A stretch of DNA of 64,000 bases, taken from the NCBI GenBank assembly GCA_039804105.1, contig JBDRZU010000001.1, positions 1 to 64,000 of the forward strand, given 5' to 3'. Positions 22,216 to 30,808 of the stretch are shown one piece after another. The number at the start of each line of letters is the position of its first letter. Within the stretch, counting starts at the first letter, position 1. The translations under genes and the position numbers were made by a program. This DNA is from a candidate division WOR-3 bacterium. GTDB taxonomy: Bacteria > Hydrothermota > 32-111. The notes below the pieces were generated by a model, which worked only from the letters and a program-made list of their open reading frames with translations, did not search any database and was not told the DNA's origin.

Positions 22216-23162
22216 AATTTTTGAAAATTTTTATATTGTGTCTTTTTTTATATCAGGGTTGTTATATTGATCAACCACATGAAGCGTTACTTGATCCTGA
22301 AAATCGATTTGGTAAGAGTACTGTTAAAATATTATGTTATGATCATTTCCATAATCCACTCCCTGGAGTTGAAGTTAGTATAAACGATACTTTATCAAAG
22401 ATAACAGATGGTAATGGTTATGTTTCTTTCTCAAACGTTTTGAAGGGTAATTTAAAAATAAAGTTTAATAAAGAGGGATATTCAACATTTTTTATTGATA
22501 CTTTTCTCTCTTCTGGTATTCCCCTCGAATTGGTAGAGTATTTGAATTTTGTTCCACAGATTGAAACATCATATGTTTATTCTTCTGTTAAAAGAACTTA
22601 TGACATACTTGATAGTTTAAAATACAATGTAAATTTTATAGTGAAAGTTTTGGAAAAAGATTCAATTGATGATATTTCTCTGGCTTCAATCAAATTCGAT
22701 TTTGGTGAGTTCTCTTTTATCAAAGTTTATGAAGGAAATTTTATAAAATGTTCTTTGAATTTCAACCGGCTGAGTTCACCATTAAACATTTATGATCTGA
22801 TAGGAGAGAACGCTTCCATTAAAATCAAGGATGTTTATGGTGAAAGTTTGATTGTCAAAAATTTGACACTGATAAGGTTTGTTGAATATATACCTACGAT
22901 AGATTATCCCTATGAGGCACAACAAGTAGATTACCCTTATATTTTCAAATTCAGAACAGATAAGCCATATTATTCCTCTTATATCAACTTATCAATAAAT
23001 GATGAAAACGATAGCATAATTTTTTCTGATTCTTTTTCGATTTATGATACTCTGTTTGTTTACGAAAAGATACTTAAAGAAGGAGAGTATAGATTTAATG
23101 TTAGAGTTTATGATCTTTTTGGAAATTTTTCAGAAAATTCTGTAAAATTTTTTTCAAAGTAA
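22209..23162 (+). CDS. Putative lipoprotein with carboxypeptidase-regulatory-like / Ig-like domains
   Basis: Lipobox-like LYQGC; PLPGVEVSI..ITDGNGY..F..V..G..KEGY; C-terminal GEYRFNVRVYD.FGN. Confidence 0.6.
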   Translation: MVKFLKIFILCLFLYQGCYIDQPHEALLDPENRFGKSTVKILCYDHFHNPLPGVEVSINDTLSKITDGNGYVSFSNVLKGNLKIKFNKEGYSTFFIDTFLSSGIPLELVEYLNFVPQIETSYVYSSVKRTYDILDSLKYNVNFIVKVLEKDSIDDISLASIKFDFGEFSFIKVYEGNFIKCSLNFNRLSSPLNIYDLIGENASIKIKDVYGESLIVKNLTLIRFVEYIPTIDYPYEAQQVDYPYIFKFRTDKPYYSSYINLSINDENDSIIFSDSFSIYDTLFVYEKILKEGEYRFNVRVYDLFGNFSENSVKFFSK

Positions 23163-23172
23163 AGGAGTTTTT

Positions 23173-24690
23173 ATGACAAAAAATTTACCTGAAAATGTGA
23201 AAGTTTTAAAATCTCTTTATGAGGCGAGTGAAATTATTAACTCTATAAGGGATTACAATGAACTCCTTGAAAAGATAATGGATATAACCTTGAATGTTCT
23301 CAAAGCTGAAAGAGGATTTTTAATGATACTTGAAGATAAAACTGGTGAGATGAAAGTGGAGGTTGCCAGAAACCTTCATAAAGAAAACATTATCAACTCG
23401 AAAGAGATTTCTATGACATCCGTATATAAAGCTTTGCAGGAAGGAGAAATCGTTTTAACTTCTGATGCGAAAACCGATCCACGTTTTTCACAATCACAAT
23501 CGATAGCACTTTACAATCTCCGCTCGATTTTGGTTGTTCCATTGAAAAGGTTAAACAGGATTATCGGGGTCATATATCTTGATACACAAACCAACAAAAA
23601 AATATTTTCGCAAGAAGAGATAGAGTTTATGAATGCATTTGCAAACCTTGCAGTTCTAAGTATAGAAAATGCGAAATTGACAAACTCTCTTGCGATGGAA
23701 AATTTGAGTTTAAAAAGGGAAATCTCATCTTTATACAATTTTGAGGATATTATAGGAACAAGTAAAAAGATGAGAGATGTTTTAAGGTTGATCGAAAAGG
23801 TTATAAACAGTGATGTCCCTGTCCTGCTTGAGGGTGAAAGTGGGACCGGAAAAGGTCTTATCGCAAGAGCAATACATTTTAATTCTCCACGAAAAGATAA
23901 AAAGTTTATCACACAGTACTGTGGAGCTCTCCCTGAAACTCTGCTCGAAAGTGAACTTTTCGGATATGTGAAAGGAGCATTTACTGGTGCTTTAACTGAT
24001 AAGATTGGGCTCTTTGAAGCTGCAGATGGTGGAACATTTTTTCTTGATGAGGTTGGGGATCTTTCAATTTCCACCCAAACAAAACTATTAAGAGTTTTAC
24101 AGGAACATAAGATCAGACGTCTTGGTGATACGGAGGACAGAAATGTTGATGTAAGAATAATCTCCGCTACGAACAGAGTTCTTGAAGAAGAAGTGAAAAA
24201 AGGCACTTTCAGAGAAGACCTTTTTTATCGGTTAAAGGTAGTAAAAATAGTCATACCTCCTTTACGCGAGAGGATTGAAGATATTCCGATCCTCGTTAAA
24301 TATCTTATCCATAAATTGAGTGGGAAAAATAAAAACATTGAAGGAGTATCGAGTGAAGCGATGGCAGCACTTCTTAAATATGATTGGCCTGGTAACATAA
24401 GAGAACTTGAAAATGTTATACAACATGCGATAGTGATGGCACAGAATGAAATAATCACTATCGATGATATACCTGAAGAAATTTTGAACAAACGAAAAAT
24501 AAAAAGAGAATTCTATTCGAAAAAGTTAAAGGATGTCGAAAGAGAGCATATTTTAAATGTGTTAAGAGAGAACGATTATTCAAGAAAAAAAACAGCAGAG
24601 GTTTTGGGAATAAGTTTAAGAACTTTACATTATAAACTAAAAGAATACAATATTGAAAAAAAGAATGAAAAAATTGAGGAGGAAAAATGA
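23173..24690 (+). CDS. GAF-domain sigma54-dependent transcriptional activator (bEBP, Fis-type HTH)
   Basis: N-terminal GAF; GESGTGK, ESELFG, GAFTGA, FLDEVG, RIISATN, WPGNIRELEN, C-terminal HTH. Confidence 0.95.
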   Translation: MTKNLPENVKVLKSLYEASEIINSIRDYNELLEKIMDITLNVLKAERGFLMILEDKTGEMKVEVARNLHKENIINSKEISMTSVYKALQEGEIVLTSDAKTDPRFSQSQSIALYNLRSILVVPLKRLNRIIGVIYLDTQTNKKIFSQEEIEFMNAFANLAVLSIENAKLTNSLAMENLSLKREISSLYNFEDIIGTSKKMRDVLRLIEKVINSDVPVLLEGESGTGKGLIARAIHFNSPRKDKKFITQYCGALPETLLESELFGYVKGAFTGALTDKIGLFEAADGGTFFLDEVGDLSISTQTKLLRVLQEHKIRRLGDTEDRNVDVRIISATNRVLEEEVKKGTFREDLFYRLKVVKIVIPPLRERIEDIPILVKYLIHKLSGKNKNIEGVSSEAMAALLKYDWPGNIRELENVIQHAIVMAQNEIITIDDIPEEILNKRKIKREFYSKKLKDVEREHILNVLRENDYSRKKTAEVLGISLRTLHYKLKEYNIEKKNEKIEEEK

Positions 24691-26363
24691 AATTAGTTGA
24701 ATGTGTCCCAAACTTTTCTGAAGGTAAAGATATGAATGTTATTAAACAGATAACTGATGCTATAGAATCAGTAAATGGAACAATTCTTCTTGATGTTGAT
24801 CCTGGAGCAGCCACCAATAGAACGGTTATAACTTTTATTGGGACTCCTGAAGCTGTCCTCGAATCAGCATTTCTTGCTATAAAAAAAGGTTCAGAACTTA
24901 TAGATATGACAAAACATAAAGGTGAACACCCCAGAATGGGAGCATGTGATGTTTGTCCATTTGTTCCTGTTAGTGAAATCAGTGTTGAAGAATGTGTTCA
25001 ACTTGCTAGAGAACTTGGAGAAAGAGTTGCAAACGAGTTGAATATTCCGGTTTACCTTTATGAATATGCTGCAACTGAACCAAAAAGAAAATCTTTAGCA
25101 AATATAAGAGAAGGAGAGTATGAGGGACTTAAAGATAAAATAAAAGATCCAAACTGGAAACCAGATTTTGGTAAAGCGGAATTCAATCCAAAAAGTGGTG
25201 CTACCGTCATAGGTGTTAGAGATTTTCTGATCGCATACAATATAAACCTTAACACAAAGGATGCTAAACTTGCAACACAGATTGCAAATGTTATAAGAGA
25301 GAAAGGATATCCTAAAAAAGATGAGAATGGGAAAATCGTAAAAGATGAAAATGGAAACACGGTTTATATCCCCGGACTCTTAAAAGAATGTAGAGCCATC
25401 GGATGGTTTGTTGATGATTATAATATTGCACAGATATCAATAAATCTTACGAACTGGAAAGTAACTCCTCCTCATATTGCTTATGAAAAAGCAACAGAGG
25501 AGGCAAATAAAATCGGAGTTAAAGTAACCGGTTCAGAACTTGTTGGTTTGATTCCAAAAGATGCTTTAATAGAGGCAGGTAAGTTTTATCTGAAAAAACA
25601 GGGTAAATGTACAGGAATTCCTGAAAAGGAGATCCTTTATATAGCGATTAAATCATTGGGACTTGATACTCTTTATTCTTTTGATGTTAACAAAAAAGTT
25701 ATAGAGTATGCGTATGAGAGTAAGATGAAAAAGAAAAAACTTATAGATATGAATCTGAAAGATTTTTGTGACGAACTTTCCACTGATTCTCCAGCGCCGG
25801 GTGGTGGTAGTGTCGCTGCATTGTCTGGCTCAATTGCTGCATCACTTGTTTCAATGGTTGCTAATTTGACTTTTGGAAAAAAAGGATATGAAAAATATAA
25901 TGATGATACTGAAGAGATCTCTTCAAAAGCACAAAAGGTAAAAGATTTGATGCTTGAACTTGTCGATCTTGATACTGAAGCCTTCAACTATTATATGGAA
26001 GTTTTTAAAATGCCCAAAAAAACTGAAGAGGAAAAAAGAACAAGAGATGAAAAATTAAAGGACGCAACGAAAAAAGCTATTTATGTTCCAATGAAGACAT
26101 TGGAAACCATAAATGAACTTTTACCATATCTTGAAAGTATAACCAAAATCGGAAATGTAAACTCCATCTCTGATGCGGGTGTAGCATCTTTGAATCTTAT
26201 CTCTTGTGCTGAAGGTGCATATATGAACATTCTTATCAATTTAAAAAATCTAGATGATGCAGAGTATAAAAAGAATACAAAGACAAAGGCAAAAAATATT
26301 CTTGACCAGATAAAAGAAAGATGTGAAAAAGTAAAAAATGATGTTTATAAAATTATTGAATAG
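24687..26363 (+). CDS. ftcD: Glutamate formiminotransferase / formiminotetrahydrofolate cyclodeaminase (bifunctional)
   Basis: LVECVPNFSEG, HKGEHPRMGA.DV.PFVP, SELVGL; cyclodeaminase domain SPAPGGGSVAA. Confidence 0.95.
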   Translation: MKLVECVPNFSEGKDMNVIKQITDAIESVNGTILLDVDPGAATNRTVITFIGTPEAVLESAFLAIKKGSELIDMTKHKGEHPRMGACDVCPFVPVSEISVEECVQLARELGERVANELNIPVYLYEYAATEPKRKSLANIREGEYEGLKDKIKDPNWKPDFGKAEFNPKSGATVIGVRDFLIAYNINLNTKDAKLATQIANVIREKGYPKKDENGKIVKDENGNTVYIPGLLKECRAIGWFVDDYNIAQISINLTNWKVTPPHIAYEKATEEANKIGVKVTGSELVGLIPKDALIEAGKFYLKKQGKCTGIPEKEILYIAIKSLGLDTLYSFDVNKKVIEYAYESKMKKKKLIDMNLKDFCDELSTDSPAPGGGSVAALSGSIAASLVSMVANLTFGKKGYEKYNDDTEEISSKAQKVKDLMLELVDLDTEAFNYYMEVFKMPKKTEEEKRTRDEKLKDATKKAIYVPMKTLETINELLPYLESITKIGNVNSISDAGVASLNLISCAEGAYMNILINLKNLDDAEYKKNTKTKAKNILDQIKERCEKVKNDVYKIIE

Positions 26364-27414
26364 AGAGGTATCTGAATTTATCTTTTGTTTTTGAATATAT
26401 AAATGAAGGTTTTTTGTCTATAAATTTTATGTAGAGATCATCTATTTTATATATATTATTTAAATCAATTTTACCATTGTTCAATTTTTCACAGTCATGC
26501 ATTGCTACAAATTTGTTTTTAATTACTTTGATCGACGGGATCAGAAGAGAGAAAATTATTGCAACCATTGTTAATATAGCGATGTATTCACTTACACCAA
26601 ACCCTTTTTTCATTCTTTTGTTTAAAAAGTATTCTTTTATGATTGAAATGAAAACCAAAAATAAGAGAATAATGTTTGTAATGTTCAAAAATATAATGAA
26701 TGTAAAAATAAGGGCACCAAAGAAGAAAAAATCCTTATTTATTTTTTTTAAATCCAAACTTTCATATTTGATCATAAATAATGAAAGTAAAAAATTTGTT
26801 ACAAAAACGTAAATGGATAAAAATATTTGATTCAATTGATTTATTTCAGGAGTTTGTTCAGGTTTATTGAAAAAATATAATGTGGTTAATATTATTGCTC
26901 CAGAAAGATATGGATAAAATATTTTTTCCACAGAGGATATATTGAACTTTTGAGTTTTTTTCAACAATTTAAAAAGAATAACCTGAATAAAAATAAATAT
27001 AAAAAAGAAAACGAAAAGTTTTAAATCTGTGTAAAGTTTGTTCAAAAATATAAAAATTACCAACATGATTAAAACAGAAAAAATTTCATATTTTTTTGTT
27101 ATAAATTGTTCAGATGAGATTTTATAGGATAAGAAAAAGATAAAGATTATTATGAATGGGTCAAAAAAATTCAACTGGAACAAGAATGAAATGTAAAAAC
27201 CAATCATCGGGATTGATATTAAAAGACCTGTCTTAAAATTATTTTTAAAACCTAAAATTATTTTCTTTTCAAACAAGAGAAAAATAATAGATGCTGTAAA
27301 TACAAACCCCATCATGCCTGGAATGAAAGAACCTGTAATTGGGATGAGTTTGTAGAGTATAAAAAGTGAAAAAGATAATGATATAGAAGTGATCAAATAA
27401 AATATATATTCCAT
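26353..27414 (-). CDS. Polytopic membrane protein with a C-terminal prepilin-like segment
   Basis: Many TM segments; internal KKG/FGVSEYIAILTMVAIIFSLLIP; own TTGACT-N17-TAAAAT promoter (27435-27463) and AAGGA SD. Confidence 0.6.
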   Translation of the reverse strand: MEYIFYLITSISLSFSLFILYKLIPITGSFIPGMMGFVFTASIIFLLFEKKIILGFKNNFKTGLLISIPMIGFYISFLFQLNFFDPFIIIFIFFLSYKISSEQFITKKYEIFSVLIMLVIFIFLNKLYTDLKLFVFFFIFIFIQVILFKLLKKTQKFNISSVEKIFYPYLSGAIILTTLYFFNKPEQTPEINQLNQIFLSIYVFVTNFLLSLFMIKYESLDLKKINKDFFFFGALIFTFIIFLNITNIILLFLVFISIIKEYFLNKRMKKGFGVSEYIAILTMVAIIFSLLIPSIKVIKNKFVAMHDCEKLNNGKIDLNNIYKIDDLYIKFIDKKPSFIYSKTKDKFRYLSIQ

Positions 27415-27489
27415 AATAATAAATCCTTTTGGTTATTTTATATTTGTATTAAATCTAAGTCAATAGAAAATGTAAAGATTCTATTACGG

Positions 27490-27505
27490 TGTAATTTATA
27501 AAACA
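27490..27505 (+). promoter_or_regulatory. Putative bEBP upstream activator sequence (TGT-N10-ACA)
   Basis: TGTAATTTATAAAACA about 50 bp upstream of a -24/-12 element. Confidence 0.4.
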
Positions 27506-27556
27506 ATATTTTTTCATAAGTGTTATTTTTAAATTAAAATAAATAATAAGTAACAT

Positions 27557-27573
27557 TTGGCACAATTTATGTT
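27557..27573 (+). promoter_or_regulatory. Putative sigma54 (-24/-12) promoter for the pilin operon
   Basis: TTGGCACAATTTATGTT: consensus TGGCAC -24 box, GG-N10-GT (GT instead of GC); followed by AAGGAGG SD. Confidence 0.6.
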
Positions 27574-27597
27574 ATCTCCTATCAAAAAGGAGGTGTT

Positions 27598-28101
27598 ATG
27601 GTTTATGAAAAGAAATCCAAATTGGAAAGCGAAGTGACTGAAAGCGATTACAAAAGTTTAATAGAGGAAGTCGAAAAGAAAGCGGATGAGTTTGAAAACC
27701 CAAAGGAAATGTATAAGAAAAAAAAGCGATTCTCGTTCGCTTATATTTTCATTTTTGTAAGTGTTCCCATAATTCTTTTTGAAATTTTCATATTATTTTT
27801 CTATAAGGGAACCCATAAAGAACAATTTTCAAACCAGATTGAAAAAGTAGCTCTTCTTCAAATGGATTCTTTAAATCCTTATCAAGAATTGATACTTTTC
27901 AATAGGTTGATACTCGATTATGGAAAGAATAAAAAAGTTTTTCCTGAAAATTTAGAGGAAGTTTCTAAAAGTTATAATGTTTCTAAACCAAGATATCTCT
28001 ATTATACTAAAGATGAAAATTTTGGATTTATTTTGAAAATAAATGATGATTCTATAAAATCTCCGACATTTTCTGCTAAAGGAATAATTGTCCAGAAATA
28101 A
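27598..28101 (+). CDS. Hypothetical single-TM protein, cotranscribed with pilin
   Basis: Strong SD AAGGAGGTG; charged N-terminus, one TM, pseudopilin-like FPENLEEV segment. Confidence 0.7.
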   Translation: MVYEKKSKLESEVTESDYKSLIEEVEKKADEFENPKEMYKKKKRFSFAYIFIFVSVPIILFEIFILFFYKGTHKEQFSNQIEKVALLQMDSLNPYQELILFNRLILDYGKNKKVFPENLEEVSKSYNVSKPRYLYYTKDENFGFILKINDDSIKSPTFSAKGIIVQK

Positions 28102-28112
28102 AGGGAGGAATT

Positions 28113-28607
28113 ATGTTAAAAGAAAAGAAAGGTTTCACACTCGTTGAGTTAACAGTTGTTATCGCGATACTTGGTATTCTGGTTTCCTTATCTGTCCCAT
28201 CTTTTATAAAGATTAGAGGCGTTGTCAGACAAACGATTATGAAACATGCGATCAAAACGGTTTACAATTATGAAAGGCTGAATTTTTTTGAAACAGGTCT
28301 TTATGTTCCAGATAATGGTAATTATTGGGGGTACCTTGTTGTTAATCCTGATAACAGTTACTATCCTGAGGATATCGATCTTGAAAAACTTCCTTTCAAG
28401 TTTCCACAAAAATCAAGATACATATACTATGTTTTTTGGTACAAGTGGTATACTTTTGATTACATTTGTGTTTACGGTATAGCGTCAGTTTGGGATGGCA
28501 ACGATCTTGATGGGGATTGGGGATACGATTTCTGGTATGTTGATAATTACCAAGAAGAACCTTATCCGATTTCGAATGATCTTGCAAACGAAAATTACTA
28601 CTGGTAA
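28113..28607 (+). CDS. Type IV pilin (class III signal peptide), aromatic-rich
   Basis: KKG/FTLVELTVVIAILGILVSLSVP with E+5 and P+22; C-terminal GNDLDGD..YDFW...ND. Confidence 0.9.
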   Translation: MLKEKKGFTLVELTVVIAILGILVSLSVPSFIKIRGVVRQTIMKHAIKTVYNYERLNFFETGLYVPDNGNYWGYLVVNPDNSYYPEDIDLEKLPFKFPQKSRYIYYVFWYKWYTFDYICVYGIASVWDGNDLDGDWGYDFWYVDNYQEEPYPISNDLANENYYW

Positions 28608-28620
28608 ATTTTATTTTTAG

Positions 28621-28629
28621 TGTTAAAAT
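28621..28629 (+). promoter_or_regulatory. Extended -10 promoter, leaderless geometry
   Basis: TGT-TAAAAT, 6 nt before ATG 28636, no SD. Confidence 0.55.
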
Positions 28630-28635
28630 TAAAAT

Positions 28636-29166
28636 ATGGAAAATGTTGAAATAATAAAGGGTGATATAACCGAAATGGATGTTGATTGTATAGTGAACGC
28701 AGCAAACATAACACTTCTCGGTGGAGGTGGTGTTGACGGTGCTATTCATAGAAAAGCAGGTCCTGATCTTTTAGAAGAATGTAAAAAGTTGAATGGGTGT
28801 AAAACAGGTGAAGCAAAAATCACAAAAGGTTACAGATTGAAAGCAAAATATGTAATACATACCGTTGGTCCTATCTATTCAGATGGGAAAAGGGGAGAGG
28901 ATAAACTTCTTTATAATGCCTTTTATAATTCTTTAAAATTAGCTAAAGAATATAATCTAAAGACAATTGCGTTCCCTGCCATCTCAACAGGAGCATATGG
29001 ATATCCGAAGGATGAAGCAGCAAAAATCGCTTTTAAATCCATTTTTGATTTCATCGAAGATTATGGTGAGGTTTTTGAAAAAATCTATCTCGTTTTATAC
29101 GATAATATGACTTTTGAAATCTTTAAAAAGATTTTTGAAAGTTATTCTAAAAGGAGCGATCTATGA
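28636..29166 (+). CDS. Macro domain protein (O-acetyl-ADP-ribose deacetylase, YmdB-like)
   Basis: [39 protein letters not shown]. Confidence 0.95.
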   Translation: MENVEIIKGDITEMDVDCIVNAANITLLGGGGVDGAIHRKAGPDLLEECKKLNGCKTGEAKITKGYRLKAKYVIHTVGPIYSDGKRGEDKLLYNAFYNSLKLAKEYNLKTIAFPAISTGAYGYPKDEAAKIAFKSIFDFIEDYGEVFEKIYLVLYDNMTFEIFKKIFESYSKRSDL

Positions 29167-29633
29167 AAATTTTGATCGTTTACTATTCTCTATCTGGAAT
29201 AACAAAAAAAGTTACTGAAATTTTTAAAGAAACACTTGTGAAAAAATATTCAGTTGAAGTTTTTGAAATAAATACTGAACCGGAACTTTCGGAAAAGAAT
29301 ATAAGAAAAGAGTTTAAAATAGTCTCTTATCCATCCGTTGAAAATTTTGACTTGATAATAGTTGGTGGTCCTGTTTGGGCTTTTGGATTAAACTACCCGC
29401 TATTAACTTTTCTAAAAGGTCTAAAAAATATTCAAGGAAAAAATTTTATTCTATTTGTAACGATGGGTTTCCCTTTTGGTTGGATGGGAGGAAACAGAGC
29501 GATCGGAATCATGAAAAAAATAATAGAAGAGAAAAATGGTAAAATAAAATACACCTTCTGTTTAAACCGAATGTTCAAAAATATACTGAAAGAAGCACAA
29601 AAAATTGATTTTGATAGATTCATTAAAACATAG
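29163..29633 (+). CDS. Flavodoxin-like protein
   Basis: [27 protein letters not shown]. Confidence 0.85.
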   Translation: MKILIVYYSLSGITKKVTEIFKETLVKKYSVEVFEINTEPELSEKNIRKEFKIVSYPSVENFDLIIVGGPVWAFGLNYPLLTFLKGLKNIQGKNFILFVTMGFPFGWMGGNRAIGIMKKIIEEKNGKIKYTFCLNRMFKNILKEAQKIDFDRFIKT

Positions 29634-30522
29634 ATTTGTTTTCACATTTGTTTGTTTCAAACTGTATTGTTGTGTGAGTTATTCCATATTTTTCTTTTAA
29701 GAGTGTTTCAATCTTTTCCATAATTTTACATGTCTGAGATAACATCATATCCTCAAGTTCTACATGTGCTTCAAAATAGAATGTTGTTTCATTTGTCATC
29801 CATGTATGAACATGATGAATATTTTTAACTCCATCTATTTTTTCTATATCCTGTTTGATAGAATCGTAATCGAGTTCAACAGAAGATTGCATAAGAATAT
29901 CTATCGATTTTTTGAATATGGAATAAGTTTGAAAAATTATATAAGAAGATATTAAGAATGTGAGAACAGAATCAACGGAATAGATTTTATGGAATTTAAT
30001 AAATAATGCTCCGATAATTACAGCTATAGAACTCAATGTATCTGATAACAGATGAAGGTAACTTGATCTTATGTTTAAACTTTTTGAAGAATCTTTGTGC
30101 AAGATAAAAACAGATATCAGGTTGCCTAAAAAACCTATAATTGAAACGAAAAGAAGTATGTTCGTATTTATAATTTCAGGTTTTATAAATCTTTTTACAC
30201 TTTCCCAAATTAGAAAAAAAGAGGTTATCAAAAGAAAAAATGAATTGAATAATGAAACCAGTATTTCAGCCCTTTTGTACCCAAAAGTTTTTCTTTTATT
30301 TTTTTCTTTTGTTGAAATTTTTATAGCAAAAAGGGAAAGTAGAAGAGAAAGAGTATCAGCAAAATTATGTAAACTATCTGACAAAAGCATTAATGATCCT
30401 GATAAAAACCCTCCAACTATTTCAAGGAGGGTTATCAAAAGATTCAAAATTATTGATGCTATGAATTTTAAATTTATACTATCAATTTCTTTTTTATGAT
30501 CATGATGATCATGATGATCCAT
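29623..30522 (-). CDS. czcD: Cation diffusion facilitator (CzcD/ZitB-like Zn/Co/Cd exporter)
   Basis: His-rich N-terminus, SDSLHNFAD, TFGYKRAE, YLHLLSD, HHVHTW, HTTIQFE. Confidence 0.9.
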   Translation of the reverse strand: MDHHDHHDHKKEIDSINLKFIASIILNLLITLLEIVGGFLSGSLMLLSDSLHNFADTLSLLLSLFAIKISTKEKNKRKTFGYKRAEILVSLFNSFFLLITSFFLIWESVKRFIKPEIINTNILLFVSIIGFLGNLISVFILHKDSSKSLNIRSSYLHLLSDTLSSIAVIIGALFIKFHKIYSVDSVLTFLISSYIIFQTYSIFKKSIDILMQSSVELDYDSIKQDIEKIDGVKNIHHVHTWMTNETTFYFEAHVELEDMMLSQTCKIMEKIETLLKEKYGITHTTIQFETNKCENKSMF

Positions 30523-30550
30523 AAGATGTTATGAATGTGTTTAAATTTTC

Positions 30551-30796
30551 TTATATATTCAAATGTTCCTTTAAAAGTTTTTTTATAGCTTCAGGTGATA
30601 GGACATGACCATAAGCAAGAACTTTACCATCGACAGCTATTGCTGGAGTCATTTTAACTCCCATATTAATTATTTTGTTTATGTCATTAACTTTTTCAAT
30701 TTCATATTGAAGTGCCAATTCATCCGCTGCTTTTTTAGCATTCTCTTCAAGTTTTACACATTTTACACATCCCGGACCTAAAATTTGAATTTTCAT
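30551..30796 (-). CDS. Small redox-active disulfide protein (MTH895/Thioredoxin_3 family)
   Basis: MKIQILGPGCVKC...GVKMTPAIAVDG. Confidence 0.92.
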   Translation of the reverse strand: MKIQILGPGCVKCVKLEENAKKAADELALQYEIEKVNDINKIINMGVKMTPAIAVDGKVLAYGHVLSPEAIKKLLKEHLNI

Positions 30797-30808
30797 AAAA
30801 CCTCCTGT

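Noticed and set aside
23511..24206. Long antisense ORFs (231 aa here; also 55181..55792, 664..1107, 13082..13507 and similar)
   Set aside because: Shadow frames of well-conserved plus-strand genes, with no motifs, SD or promoter
28636..29633. Macro domain + flavodoxin as an anti-phage or toxin-antitoxin module
   Set aside because: Canonical stand-alone YmdB-like macro domain with no ADP-ribosyltransferase or sirtuin partner nearby
30496..30522. GATCATCAT tandem repeat at the czcD start, and the NENEND-coding repeat in arsP near 31545-31575
   Set aside because: Short in-frame coding repeats for His-rich or low-complexity loops; not CRISPR or contingency loci
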